From a virus, in the IMG/VR virus record IMGVR_UViG_3300035670_000065, positions 1 through 64,000 of that record: a stretch of DNA of 64,000 nucleotides; one strand, 5' to 3'. A model generated the notes under the pieces. The model was given only the letters and a program-made list of their open reading frames with translations, had not been told where the DNA came from and searched no databases. Shown in pieces: positions 1 through 9,273 of this stretch. Each line of letters starts with the position of its first letter. Positions within the stretch are counted from its first letter, which is position 1. The position numbers were made by a program, and so were the translations under genes.

Positions 1-62
1 TATACTACATCATTACAGCAAGAAAACAGGGAACTTCTTAGAGAACTAAAAAGGACACAGTA

Positions 63-665
63 ATGGCTCGTAAACGCGCAGGTAGTGATGAGGAACGCCT
101 TGATGACGCTTCTATGGAGCGCGTTATTGGCTATCTAAAAGAAAAAAGTGCTACTAAGAAGGCCGCTTGCCAGATGCTCAACATTAGTTATAATACTGCG
201 CGTCTGGATAAGCTGATCGAAGTACATCTTAAGCGTAAAGAGGATGAGGCACGTCGGAGAGCAGAGAAACGTGGAAAACCCGCAACTAAAGAAGAAATCA
301 GTTACGTTATCACAGAGTACTTGTCAGGCAATACGCTTGAAAGTATTTCTAGGTCTATTTACCGTGGCACAACCTTTGTGCACAACATCCTACGTGAGTA
401 CGCGGTTCCTGAAAGAAATACCTCAGTGGATTACTTCCGCCCGCGTCTCATCCCCGATGACGCAGTTTGTTCAGAGTTCTCTCTCGGAGAGCTTGTCTAC
501 TCTGCGAGATATGATACACTGGCAAATATCGTGTCGGAAATTCCACACAGAGATGGTAAAGTATATCGCGTGTGGCTAAAGGGTGATTGGCAGCAGTACG
601 CTGCACAACCAGCCTGGGAGCTAGCATCTTTAGCTAAATTGAGGGAAGAAGGAATAACAGTATGA
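63..665 (+). CDS. Conserved T5-like protein, probably DNA-binding (D3-like position)
   Basis: 200-aa ORF with AGGA RBS; HTH-like segments (KKAACQMLNISYNT; TLESISRSIYRGTTFV); lies upstream of the PC4-like and ligase genes as in T5-like phages. Confidence 0.55.
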   Translation: MARKRAGSDEERLDDASMERVIGYLKEKSATKKAACQMLNISYNTARLDKLIEVHLKRKEDEARRRAEKRGKPATKEEISYVITEYLSGNTLESISRSIYRGTTFVHNILREYAVPERNTSVDYFRPRLIPDDAVCSEFSLGELVYSARYDTLANIVSEIPHRDGKVYRVWLKGDWQQYAAQPAWELASLAKLREEGITV

Positions 666-895
666 CCCTAAGGTGGATCGTTGAACGAATTGAAACAGAC
701 TATTTTGCGTACAACAAAGACCCTATCCTACAGTATGTAGATGTTAGCGGTAACTGGCATACTGTACCTACTAAGGTGATTAAAATTGACAAGACCACAC
801 GAACGATTGAACTTCCTGAAGAAGTACCTGGCGAGGTGTCCGATATGTCGGCATACCCACACACGACCGATCACTTGGACAAATGTGTTTGCTAA
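662..895 (+). CDS. Hypothetical protein
   Basis: 77-aa ORF, ATGA-coupled to the upstream gene, AAGGA RBS. Confidence 0.55.
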   Translation: MTLRWIVERIETDYFAYNKDPILQYVDVSGNWHTVPTKVIKIDKTTRTIELPEEVPGEVSDMSAYPHTTDHLDKCVC

Positions 896-962
896 GTGGG
901 CGTGTAACAACTGCCATAATAAGTTCATGTATGAACCAATAAAGGATATTACTAATGTTTGA
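786..962 (+). CDS. Small zinc-ribbon protein (not in ORF track)
   Basis: Manual translation MTRPHERLNFLKKYLARCPICRHTHTRPITWTNVFAKWACNNCHNKFMYEPIKDITNV; two CxxC pairs; TTG start after AAGGTG; stop overlaps the 5' end of thyX. Confidence 0.5.
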   Translation: MTRPHERLNFLKKYLARCPICRHTHTRPITWTNVFAKWACNNCHNKFMYEPIKDITNV

Positions 963-1608
963 AGTAGCACTAGAGGCAGTTACAGTACCCCGAGTCGAGG
1001 GTATTCATACTGCAGAAGAATTTATTGCCTACACAGCCCGTGTCAGCAATCCCGGAAACCAGATAAACAATGAATCTGCGCCGAAGCTCCTAAAATATTT
1101 GGCTAAACATAAGCACTGGTCACCTTTTGAAATGGTCGACGTAGTAATGAAGATTGTAACTACTAGGGACATTGGCAGGCAGATTTTGCGTCATCGTTCT
1201 TTTAGCTTCCAAGAGTTTAGTCAGCGTTATGCTGTGGCTGAAGATAGCTTTATGCTGCGAGAGGCTAGGCTTCAGGATACTAAGAATAGGCAGAATAGTA
1301 TTGAGACGGAAGATGAGAAGCTAAAGAAGGCTTTCGAAGATATGCAGTGGCATACCTATCAGCTGTGTCGCTCACACTACAATAACGCCTTAGGTCTTGG
1401 TATTGCCAAAGAACAGGCTCGCGCATTACTGCCAGAAGGTCTGACTAAAAGTACAATGTATATGAAGGGTAGCCTTCGTAGTTGGATTCATTACTGTGAC
1501 CTTCGCAGGACTAATGGTACTCAAAAGGAACACCAAAATATTGCTATTGAATGCTGGAGACTTATTCTAATTGAATTCCCTAGTCTTGCGGAGGTTTTGG
1601 ATGAGTAG
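955..1608 (+). CDS. thyX: FAD-dependent thymidylate synthase ThyX
   Basis: HWSPFE, RQILRHRSFSFQEFSQRY (RHRx7S motif), KEQARALLP, LRSWIHYCDLR. Confidence 0.96.
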   Translation: MFEVALEAVTVPRVEGIHTAEEFIAYTARVSNPGNQINNESAPKLLKYLAKHKHWSPFEMVDVVMKIVTTRDIGRQILRHRSFSFQEFSQRYAVAEDSFMLREARLQDTKNRQNSIETEDEKLKKAFEDMQWHTYQLCRSHYNNALGLGIAKEQARALLPEGLTKSTMYMKGSLRSWIHYCDLRRTNGTQKEHQNIAIECWRLILIEFPSLAEVLDE

Positions 1609-2221
1609 AGAACTTTTACAAAAAGCGCTTGCACAGCTGATCGAGATTGATAGTTTCTATATGCCTTTACCAAGGTCAGCTATCTCTCTAGAACGAGAGA
1701 TTAGAGAATACCTAGACAAGCCAGAAGAACCCACTGACTCTATGTACTTTATCAAAGCCTGCGAGTCCTATAGACAGGCGATGAATGTCTTGGAGCAGGA
1801 TCGTGATAGCTGGAAGAATGAAGCTATTAACGGTGGAAATGCTCCGTACTTGCGAGAGCAAGTAGAGATACTAAATAAGATGTTGGCTGAAGTAGTAGAA
1901 GAGCGAGATGACGCACAAGCTCAAGTACGTGGTTTAATGAATCTGCTAGACCATAGAGATAAGGAACGAGATGATTGGGAAGAAACCTCAAATATTTACG
2001 CAGCTAACGCAGAGTACTGGCGGAGTCAACTTGCAGAAGTAATTAAAGAACGCGATACATACCGCACTAGATGGCTAAAACTACAAACTGAACGAAACGA
2101 CAGAGTATGGAAGGAGATACGTGATGGACTCAGAGAGCCAACCACTTTACGAGAAGGTGATATATCAGAACGATCTGAAGTTCTATCAACTAAAGCTAGT
2201 CCTAAACGAGTTCCGCGATAA
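1601..2221 (+). CDS. Hypothetical coiled-coil protein
   Basis: ATG at 1601 after GGAGG; repeated ERDD/ERDT helical segments; 3' end overlaps the next gene by about 100 nt. Confidence 0.6.
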   Translation: MSRELLQKALAQLIEIDSFYMPLPRSAISLEREIREYLDKPEEPTDSMYFIKACESYRQAMNVLEQDRDSWKNEAINGGNAPYLREQVEILNKMLAEVVEERDDAQAQVRGLMNLLDHRDKERDDWEETSNIYAANAEYWRSQLAEVIKERDTYRTRWLKLQTERNDRVWKEIRDGLREPTTLREGDISERSEVLSTKASPKRVPR

Positions 2222-2426
2222 GCAGTACCTTCATCTTAGGAAGTACTTTTTATCTTTTGACGAAGGGTACATTGCTAGCCGTGAAGGTGCTAGTATGGAA
2301 GCTAGTATGGCTAACATCTTCGCGTTGTTAGACGGACTGCTAGAATTGGTATCGGGCGCTGAAGGTGACGAAGCTATCGAAAGATATTTTAAGGATAAAA
2401 TTTCAAACTTGAAGTCTAAGGCTTAA
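2124..2426 (+). CDS. PC4-like ssDNA-binding / transcriptional coactivator protein
   Basis: NEFRDKQYLHLRKYF...GYIASREGASM resembles the PC4 fold signature; AAGGAG RBS; T5-like position before the ligase. Confidence 0.8.
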   Translation: MDSESQPLYEKVIYQNDLKFYQLKLVLNEFRDKQYLHLRKYFLSFDEGYIASREGASMEASMANIFALLDGLLELVSGAEGDEAIERYFKDKISNLKSKA

Positions 2427-2437
2427 TGCTTTATAAT
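2409..2437 (+). promoter_or_regulatory. Sigma70-type promoter
   Basis: TTGAAG-17 nt-TATAAT upstream of the ORF at 2461. Confidence 0.65.
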
Positions 2438-2460
2438 ATATCTTTAAGTGAGGGAATTCA

Positions 2461-2646
2461 ATGAAAGACGAAACGAACTTTATGTTGTGGGCAGTAGCCA
2501 CTATGCTGGTATTCATCGGAAGTCTTATCTTTATGATACACACCATTGAACGAAATAAAACGGAAAAATATGTTGCTTGCCTTACTGCATATAAAGAAGT
2601 TGTAAAAGCCGGAATAACTCCAACCCTTAACTGCGAGCTAAAATGA
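2461..2646 (+). CDS. Small membrane protein
   Basis: 61 aa with an N-terminal hydrophobic helix; GAGGG RBS. Confidence 0.6.
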   Translation: MKDETNFMLWAVATMLVFIGSLIFMIHTIERNKTEKYVACLTAYKEVVKAGITPTLNCELK

Positions 2647-2945
2647 AAACCATTAACTGTTTTGAAGTTATGGGACATACCGATACAACGGAAGGTCGTG
2701 GCCCAATGAAGGTCGTTGCTAGGTTCTCTACTAGAGTAGAAGCAATTAGGTATACCAAGTCTAATTCTTACGCGTCTCGGTGTGTTATGGGGTACTTGTC
2801 TGCAAGTGATGTAAATAACATTCGTGAAACTACTATTAATATTTTTGATAGTTTTGACGAAATTGAACCAATGGAAACGGCCGCACTAAAAGCAGCTGCA
2901 CTAGCGAAGCTAACCGCAGCAGAAAAACGAGCATTAGGAGTATAA
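2643..2945 (+). CDS. Hypothetical protein
   Basis: 100 aa ending in the common phage motif ALAKLTAAEKRALG. Confidence 0.7.
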   Translation: MKTINCFEVMGHTDTTEGRGPMKVVARFSTRVEAIRYTKSNSYASRCVMGYLSASDVNNIRETTINIFDSFDEIEPMETAALKAAALAKLTAAEKRALGV

Positions 2946-2946
2946 A

Positions 2947-3162
2947 ATGAAAACACGATTTGATCTAGAACAACAAATTCTTGATTGCTGGGGAATCTGC
3001 GATGACATTAATACAGTATTTGAACATTTTTATGAGCAAGGACAGCCTGTTGATATTGATAAGCTGGCTAACATCCTTTTAGGTCTTAAAGAACTGTACC
3101 ACATCAAGTTTGAGCAAACTTTCGAGACTTTTGAGCATCTAATCCATACGCGAGAAATCTAA
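2947..3162 (+). CDS. Hypothetical protein
   Basis: 71 aa, AGGAG RBS; RFDLEQQILDCW motif. Confidence 0.7.
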   Translation: MKTRFDLEQQILDCWGICDDINTVFEHFYEQGQPVDIDKLANILLGLKELYHIKFEQTFETFEHLIHTREI

Positions 3163-3165
3163 AAT

Positions 3166-4116
3166 ATGACTACGCTAAACGAGTATCTAACCGAGTGCGC
3201 ACGACACTATTACCAAGGTAATCCCGTCATTAGCGACGAGGTATTTGATCGTCTAGCGGAGTCCATTGGTTTTAATTCTGTAGGGGCTAAGCAGCATGAG
3301 CATATTCAACGACACTATTACCCAATGTATAGCCTCCAGAAATTCTATGAGGATGAGGGAAAGGCTAATCCCCTTAGTGGTGAGAGCGACGTATCCTTCT
3401 CAGTCAAACTTGATGGAGCTGCGCTGTCCCTTCTATATATCGACGGAAAATTCACCCGTGCCCTTACTAGAGGGGATGGAATCGAAGGCACTGATATCAC
3501 TAATAAGTTTACCGGCTCCAAACTTATTCCTCAGGAACTGCATTACAACGGGGTACTCCAAGTTACTGGAGAGATTGCAGCCCCCAGTCATGTTCCTAAC
3601 GCACGGAACTATGCGGCGGGTGCTCTAAATCTAAAAGATCCTAGTGAATTTGCAACACGAGCAGTAGAGTTCTTCGCTTATGGTATGCAGCCTTTCCATA
3701 ACGATACTTTTGACAAAGACATGGAGATGCTAAAGCGTCTCGGATTCAATACTGTAAAGGATGCTGAACTTGACAAAGTTTACCCTACTGATGGGATTGT
3801 GTTTAGGGTCAATTCTAATCGTAGATTTGAAGAACTTGGATATACCAGTAGTTTTCCTAGAGGTGCTTATGCTAGGAAGGTCCGTAGCGCTACTGTGGAA
3901 TCAGAAATAGTAGATGTTGAATGGAATACTTCTAAGTCAGGTAAGATAACTCCGGTTGCTATCCTTAGACCTATTTATATAGGAGATAAATTAGTTTCCA
4001 GGGCAACCTTGAATAATATTGGCTTTATAGAATCCCTGGATATTCAGATAGGCAGTAGAGTAGCAGTTGGTCTCGGCGGAGAAGTAATTCCAGTTATCTT
4101 TCATAAAATTGAATAA
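3166..4116 (+). CDS. ligA: NAD-dependent DNA ligase, subunit A (adenylation and OB domains)
   Basis: YYQGNPVISDEVFD, MYSLQK, catalytic KLDG, TRGDG, RNYAAG, TDGIV, SRATLNN. Confidence 0.95.
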   Translation: MTTLNEYLTECARHYYQGNPVISDEVFDRLAESIGFNSVGAKQHEHIQRHYYPMYSLQKFYEDEGKANPLSGESDVSFSVKLDGAALSLLYIDGKFTRALTRGDGIEGTDITNKFTGSKLIPQELHYNGVLQVTGEIAAPSHVPNARNYAAGALNLKDPSEFATRAVEFFAYGMQPFHNDTFDKDMEMLKRLGFNTVKDAELDKVYPTDGIVFRVNSNRRFEELGYTSSFPRGAYARKVRSATVESEIVDVEWNTSKSGKITPVAILRPIYIGDKLVSRATLNNIGFIESLDIQIGSRVAVGLGGEVIPVIFHKIE

Positions 4117-4135
4117 GCAATATTAAAAAATATCC

Positions 4136-4164
4136 TTGACATTCGCCATCAATTAGCGTATAAT
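4136..4164 (+). promoter_or_regulatory. Consensus sigma70 promoter for the homing endonuclease
   Basis: TTGACA-17 nt-TATAAT with an A-rich upstream element. Confidence 0.85.
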
Positions 4165-4199
4165 TAATTTATACACTAAAAAAGGGTTTAATTAAAAAG

Positions 4200-5009
4200 A
4201 TGTTAACTGGGATATATAAACTATACTGGGATGGAGAACCTTATGTCTATGTAGGTCTCTCACAGGATATTGAAGCTAGATACACATCACATTTACATAA
4301 GTTACGTACAAATTCTCATTCTAATAAGAAATTAACTGATAAATTCATTGAAAAAGGACAGTTACCTTATTTAGAAGTTTTAGAAGAGTGTTCAGTGGAG
4401 TTGCTAAACAGCCGAGAAATATTCTGGATTGATAAGTTAGACTCTATAGATAAGGGCCTTAATATTAATAATGGGGGAGCAGTAGGTTTTGGCCCTTTTT
4501 CGGCATATTCTAAGTACTCTAAATTACAAATTTTATGTGCATTCAGATACCTTACTAATACTAAGCTAACATATAGTGATATAGAGAAGATAACTAAGGT
4601 GTCCTATTCTACCATAAGATCTATATCTTTGAGTAATTCTCATATATGGCTTAAAGATGAGTACCCCTATCATTATGGTAAGCTAATCTCCAGAGATATA
4701 AGGAAAGAGTATACCATTGTATCCCCCAAGGGCACGGTATACAAGACAAAAAATCTTAAGGAATTCTGCACTCAGCATAACCTAGAGCCTGTGAATATTA
4801 GAGCAGTTATTTCAGGCAGTAGAAGAAGTCACAAAGGGTGGACTGCATTAAATGCTGATGTTAGTGTATTTGTAAACGGGAGTACGCAAATAATAGTAAC
4901 AAACTTAAAAAAATTTGCAGAGGAGAATGGGCTAGATCCCCGAGCCTTATCAAAAATACGAAATGGTAGTCAAAAAAAGCATAAAGGTTGGTCCTTATTA
5001 AGGGATTGA
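4200..5009 (+). mobile_element. Free-standing GIY-YIG homing endonuclease (copy 1)
   Basis: TGIYKL...YVYVGLS, REIFWI, GLNIN; two C-terminal NUMOD/HTH repeats ending HKGW; AT-rich. Confidence 0.9.
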
Positions 5010-5019
5010 AATTTTGAAC

Positions 5020-5048
5020 TTGACTTTTTTTAACCGATAGCGTATAAT
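5020..5048 (+). promoter_or_regulatory. Sigma70-type promoter for ligase B and D5
   Basis: TTGACT-17 nt-TATAAT preceded by AAATTTTGAAC. Confidence 0.8.
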
Positions 5049-5073
5049 ATTACTTATAGACTGATAGATCAAG

Positions 5074-5835
5074 ATGAAAATACAATTTCCAACTACCTGT
5101 CCTTGCTGTGACTACCCTCTTGAGAGGGTCAACGATCAGTTGTTCTGCCGCAATACTGCGTGCTCAGCACAACTAAATAAAAAGATTGAACACTTTGCAA
5201 AGACCCTAGGTATTAAAGGATTCGGCCCTAAGACCGTTGAGAAACTTGAGCTGTCAGACCTAACAGAGTTGTTTTATTTGGATCGAGATGCAGCTATCTC
5301 GGCCCTAGGTAGTGAAAAGGTGGTTGATAAACTTTTAGACGAGGTAAACCGTGCTAAATCGGCTCCACTGGCCACAGTATTACACTCTTTCTCTATACCT
5401 CTAATTGGAGGAACGGCAGGCACAAAGATAGCCTCTGTAGTAAGCAACATAGACGAAATTACTCCTGAAGTATGCAAGGAAGCTGGTTTGGGGGAAAAAG
5501 CAACAGCCAATCTTATGGATTGGATCGAAACCGAGTATTTAGAACTAAAAGACTTCTTGCCTTTCAAGTTTGAGAAAAAGGTTTCTGTAGTAAGTAGCGA
5601 TTCAGGTACAGTATGTATTACTGGAAAGCTGTCATCGTTTAAGACTAAAGCCGAGGCAACAACTATACTAACAAGCCTCGGTTTTAGAGTTTCGGAATCC
5701 GTAACAAAGACAACAAACTATCTCGTAGACGAAGAAAACAAAAGCAGTTCTAAGCGAAAAAAAGCTGAAGAATACGGTATCACAATCATAACAAATCTAA
5801 ATGATTTTATTACTAAGGTAAAAACAAATGACTGA
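5074..5835 (+). CDS. ligB: NAD-dependent DNA ligase, subunit B (zinc finger, HhH, BRCT)
   Basis: PTTCPCC...FCRNTAC zinc finger, IKGFGPKTV HhH, VCITGKL...SVTKTTNYLV...SSKRKKAEEYGI BRCT; T5-type split ligase. Confidence 0.93.
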   Translation: MKIQFPTTCPCCDYPLERVNDQLFCRNTACSAQLNKKIEHFAKTLGIKGFGPKTVEKLELSDLTELFYLDRDAAISALGSEKVVDKLLDEVNRAKSAPLATVLHSFSIPLIGGTAGTKIASVVSNIDEITPEVCKEAGLGEKATANLMDWIETEYLELKDFLPFKFEKKVSVVSSDSGTVCITGKLSSFKTKAEATTILTSLGFRVSESVTKTTNYLVDEENKSSSKRKKAEEYGITIITNLNDFITKVKTND

Positions 5836-6574
5836 AAAAGCAAAAAAGTGGAATGACGAAGCAGTTGAGAAACTCCTGGGTGTCGTTGGTTCCGAATCTC
5901 CTGTATCTGCCGGTGCTGTAGAGAAGGCCGCAGAAGTTCTAGGTTTTACTACTCGTTCAGTTGCCGCAAAGCTGCGCAGCTTGGATAAAGAAGTAGCTTC
6001 CCTAGCGAAGGAAAAAGTTAGCGCGTTTAGTGCAGAAGATGGCGAGCAACTTGCTGCTTTCGTTACTCAAAACGCAGGGCAGTACACATATAAAGAAATC
6101 GCTGAGCTGTTCAAGAATGGCGAGTTCTCTGCTAAGCAAGTTCAGGGTAAGATCCTTGCATTGGAACTTACTGGTTCTGTTAAGCCAGCCGAGAAGGTTG
6201 AAGTACAGCGTACTTACACCGAGGCTGAAGAAGTTAAGTTCGTTGCTCTTGTTAAGCAGGGCAAGTTCATTGAAGAAATTGCTGCAGCTCTTGGCAAGTC
6301 CCTCCCTAGCGTTCGTGGTAAGTCACTTAGCTTGCTTCGTTCTGGCGAAATCGACAAGATTCCCGCACAGAAAGAAAGCCACACCAAGGAAGGTAGCGAC
6401 CCAGTTGATGCACTAGGCGATTCTATCGTTAACATGACCGTGGCTGATATTGCTAAGGCTGTTGATAAGACCGAGCGTGGTGTTCGCACACTTCTAACTC
6501 GTCGTGGTATTGATGTTAAGGACTATGCAGGGGCACAGAAGAAAGCAAAAGCCGAAGGTAAAGCTAAGGCTTAA
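5828..6574 (+). CDS. D5: T5 D5-like DNA-binding regulator
   Basis: Tandem HTH repeats (TTRSVAAKLR, KSLPSVRGK, KTERGVRTLLTRRG); follows ligB as in T5. Confidence 0.85.
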   Translation: MTEKAKKWNDEAVEKLLGVVGSESPVSAGAVEKAAEVLGFTTRSVAAKLRSLDKEVASLAKEKVSAFSAEDGEQLAAFVTQNAGQYTYKEIAELFKNGEFSAKQVQGKILALELTGSVKPAEKVEVQRTYTEAEEVKFVALVKQGKFIEEIAAALGKSLPSVRGKSLSLLRSGEIDKIPAQKESHTKEGSDPVDALGDSIVNMTVADIAKAVDKTERGVRTLLTRRGIDVKDYAGAQKKAKAEGKAKA

Positions 6575-6585
6575 GTTTTACAAGG

Positions 6586-6618
6586 AAACAGAGGCAGACT
6601 AATCTGCCTCTGTTTTTT
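6586..6618 (+). terminator. Rho-independent terminator
   Basis: AAACAGAGGCAGA-ctaa-TCTGCCTCTGTTT followed by a T run. Confidence 0.9.
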
Positions 6619-6629
6619 ATTAAATAAAG

Positions 6630-6941
6630 GTGATAACGATGAAGGTAAATGTCCAGTATCATGATACAGAATCTTTCTTAATAGAAGAAGTAGTACGTAG
6701 AGCTAAACAGAACTATGGAGATAATGTTAGTATATCAATATCTCCCGAGTCAGACTCACCCTTAGATCTTATTTATTTTGGCATTCAAAGATATATAACC
6801 GGCAAACACTTAAGCCTGATATTTGATAGTGGGCCTACGTACTCTCAGGAATTAAAGACTTTAAGGGCCGAAACCCTCTATAAGCTGGGAGAAATATTAG
6901 ACGAAGTATTAATGGATAATGAGTCTAAGGTGGCGGAATGA
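6630..6941 (+). CDS. Hypothetical protein
   Basis: 103-aa ORF (ATG at 6639 is an alternative start), ATGA-coupled to the endonuclease gene. Confidence 0.7.
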   Translation: MITMKVNVQYHDTESFLIEEVVRRAKQNYGDNVSISISPESDSPLDLIYFGIQRYITGKHLSLIFDSGPTYSQELKTLRAETLYKLGEILDEVLMDNESKVAE

Positions 6942-7669
6942 CTATTGGAGTGTACAAATTAATATTATCTGATGGGTCATTCTACATAGGAAGATCTTGT
7001 AATATAGAAAAAAGGTTCTCTACCCATCTTTATGATATTAAGCACGGCAAGTCTAACAAAAAACTATTAGCTAAAGCAAATGAGGGTGTGCTTCCAATAG
7101 CATATGAAGTACTAGAAAAATGTAACACTATTGAAGATAGTAAGTTACGAGAAGTACATTGGATAAATGAACTTCGTGCAATACAGGAGGGATTGAATGT
7201 ATCACTTGGTGGAGAAGACATTCTGTACGGTGAGTCTAATGCCTCTTCTAAGTATAGTAATGCTCAGATACTAGAAGTTTTGATGTTGCTAGCTGAAGGT
7301 TCCTATACTCTAAAAGAAATTGAGGAGGAGACCGGAGTAGCAAAAGGTACTCTTACAGATATTACTACAGGTTCTAAGCACTTATGGCTTCAATCTGAAT
7401 CTCCCGAGCTGTATCAAAAAATGCAGGACAATGCATCTATCCGTAAAGCCAATAGTTTAGCAAATTTAGAAAAAGCTGTCAGATTTAAGCCCCTACAAGA
7501 GACCTACCCTGCATTAAAGAACCCTTCAGGTGAAAAAATAGAGATAGAGGGTACACTAACTAGCTTTGCTCAAAAGTACAATCTGCAGATAGGCAACTTA
7601 AGTAGTGTAATAAATGGCCGAAGAAAGTCCCACAAAGGCTGGACTTTATATAGGGAGAATGCATCATAG
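6938..7669 (+). mobile_element. Free-standing GIY-YIG homing endonuclease (copy 2)
   Basis: IGVYKL...FYIGRS, REVHWI, GLNVS, C-terminal GRRKSHKGW. Confidence 0.9.
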
Positions 7670-9039
7670 ATATATCTGCCGTAGTTCTACATAAGATCCT
7701 AACAGAAGGATCTTTGGATCTATGGGCTAAACTAAAGCTATCATTTCTTGACCCTGCCTATAGTTCGGTGTATAGTGCCTTATCTAGGCACTATAATCGT
7801 TACAATACGCTACCTACCTTTGAAGATCTAGAAGTATCCTTGCGAGAGGGTGCTACTCTTAAAGCTGTAGCGTCCCTAAAGTTGTTAGAAGCAGAGGACA
7901 TTAGTGCAGAAGTCGCTTTAGACGCTCTAATAGACCAATACACACAAAACGAGACAATTAAACTTCTAGATCGCTTCATTGATAAATTACCCCTTTACGA
8001 TACAACAGAAATTAAAGATAACCTAGCAAATATCGTTCTGACCCTAGATGAGAAAACTTTAACAACTGAAGGCGTTTTCTCCATGAACGACATTATGCTA
8101 TTTCAACAGGACGATGAACGTGCTAGAAATCGTGTTTTTCTTGGCCTTAATAATACATTTGATGCTGTTCTCAATGGCGTGGCACGTCAAGAGCTTATCC
8201 TCATTGGAGGTAAGAGGGGTTCTGGCAAATCTCTTACTGTTAATAATCTTATGGTTAATCAGTACGAAATGGGCAATTCCTGTCTCTACTTTTCTATAGA
8301 GATGACAGGCTACGAGACCCTAGAGCGGACCATGTCGATCCTAGCCGGAGTAAATCATCAGAACCTAAAGCAAAATAAGTTATCAGATGATGAGTTGCTT
8401 CGCCTAGTAAAAGCTAGAGCAGGTATGTTCCAGGATACAGACGATCTAGTATTGGACTTCATGAAGAAGAAAGATCGTTTCGAATTCGAACGTCGTCTAG
8501 TACGCGAGAAGCAGCTGAAACCTGATAACCAGATGGTGATTATTGATGACCGTGCGCTATCACTTACCAGTGTGGACTTACACATTGGTAAGATGAAAGC
8601 CAAGTTCGGAGATAAGTTATCTCTAGTCATTGTTGACTACTTGAACCAGATCGTTATTGAGGGTGGCTTCTCACAGTTTGACTGGCAGCCCCAGGTTGTA
8701 GTATCTAAGAAGCTAAAAGAAATCGCTCGCAAATACGATATTGTTATGGTATCTCCGTACCAGATCGACGCTAGTGGTGAGGCTAGATTCGCTAAAGGTA
8801 TTCTAGATGCGGCTGATATTGCTTTGACTATGGAAGCACATGATAAAGACCACGGTGCAGTAACTTTCGAAACTAGTAAGATTCGTGGGGGACGTGAAAT
8901 GAAATTCACTAGCCCCATTGATTGGGAAACACTTAAGATTAGTTCAACCGCTATCGACGCTCCAATTAAAAAAGAACCCGTAAAGAAGGCAGGCAAGAAG
9001 GCTGCTGAAGATGCTACGGATTTACCATGGGATGCTTAA
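7666..9039 (+). CDS. Replicative DnaB-like helicase (start probably ATA at 7666; ORF track uses TTG at 7714)
   Basis: Walker A GGKRGSGKS, YFSIEM, VIVDYLNQ, SPYQ, RFAKGILDAAD; the frame is open from 7654, with GGGAG 8 nt before the ATA. Confidence 0.9.
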   Translation: MDISAVVLHKILTEGSLDLWAKLKLSFLDPAYSSVYSALSRHYNRYNTLPTFEDLEVSLREGATLKAVASLKLLEAEDISAEVALDALIDQYTQNETIKLLDRFIDKLPLYDTTEIKDNLANIVLTLDEKTLTTEGVFSMNDIMLFQQDDERARNRVFLGLNNTFDAVLNGVARQELILIGGKRGSGKSLTVNNLMVNQYEMGNSCLYFSIEMTGYETLERTMSILAGVNHQNLKQNKLSDDELLRLVKARAGMFQDTDDLVLDFMKKKDRFEFERRLVREKQLKPDNQMVIIDDRALSLTSVDLHIGKMKAKFGDKLSLVIVDYLNQIVIEGGFSQFDWQPQVVVSKKLKEIARKYDIVMVSPYQIDASGEARFAKGILDAADIALTMEAHDKDHGAVTFETSKIRGGREMKFTSPIDWETLKISSTAIDAPIKKEPVKKAGKKAAEDATDLPWDA

Positions 9040-9273
9040 ATGACCGAAGAACACAAACTACAGAAACTCGTTAATAACTTAAAGCGTAGAGATGAAGAAT
9101 CCTATAATAGTATCAATAGGTATAGTGCTTGGGATGGAGTTCTAAGTATAGAGCAGCGTTTAGCCCTTACAGAGGGCAGAGCTATGGATGCGCTAATGGC
9201 TATAACTATTCTATCTAAATACATAATAGAGAAAGAAGATGAGCGACTACGTAGAAACCCTACTGAAGGATAA
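9040..9273 (+). CDS. Hypothetical protein
   Basis: 77-aa ORF filling the gap between helicase and primase. Confidence 0.55.
   Translation: MTEEHKLQKLVNNLKRRDEESYNSINRYSAWDGVLSIEQRLALTEGRAMDALMAITILSKYIIEKEDERLRRNPTEG

Noticed and set aside
4117-5073. Possible intron joining ligA and ligB
   Set aside because: No P/Q/R/S core in the short flanks; both flanks are promoters, ligB has its own start, and a split ligase is normal for T5-like phages
6938-7669. Possible intron or intein around endonuclease copy 2
   Set aside because: No non-coding flanks for a ribozyme, no intein Cys/His-Asn ends, and the ORF has its own stop codon
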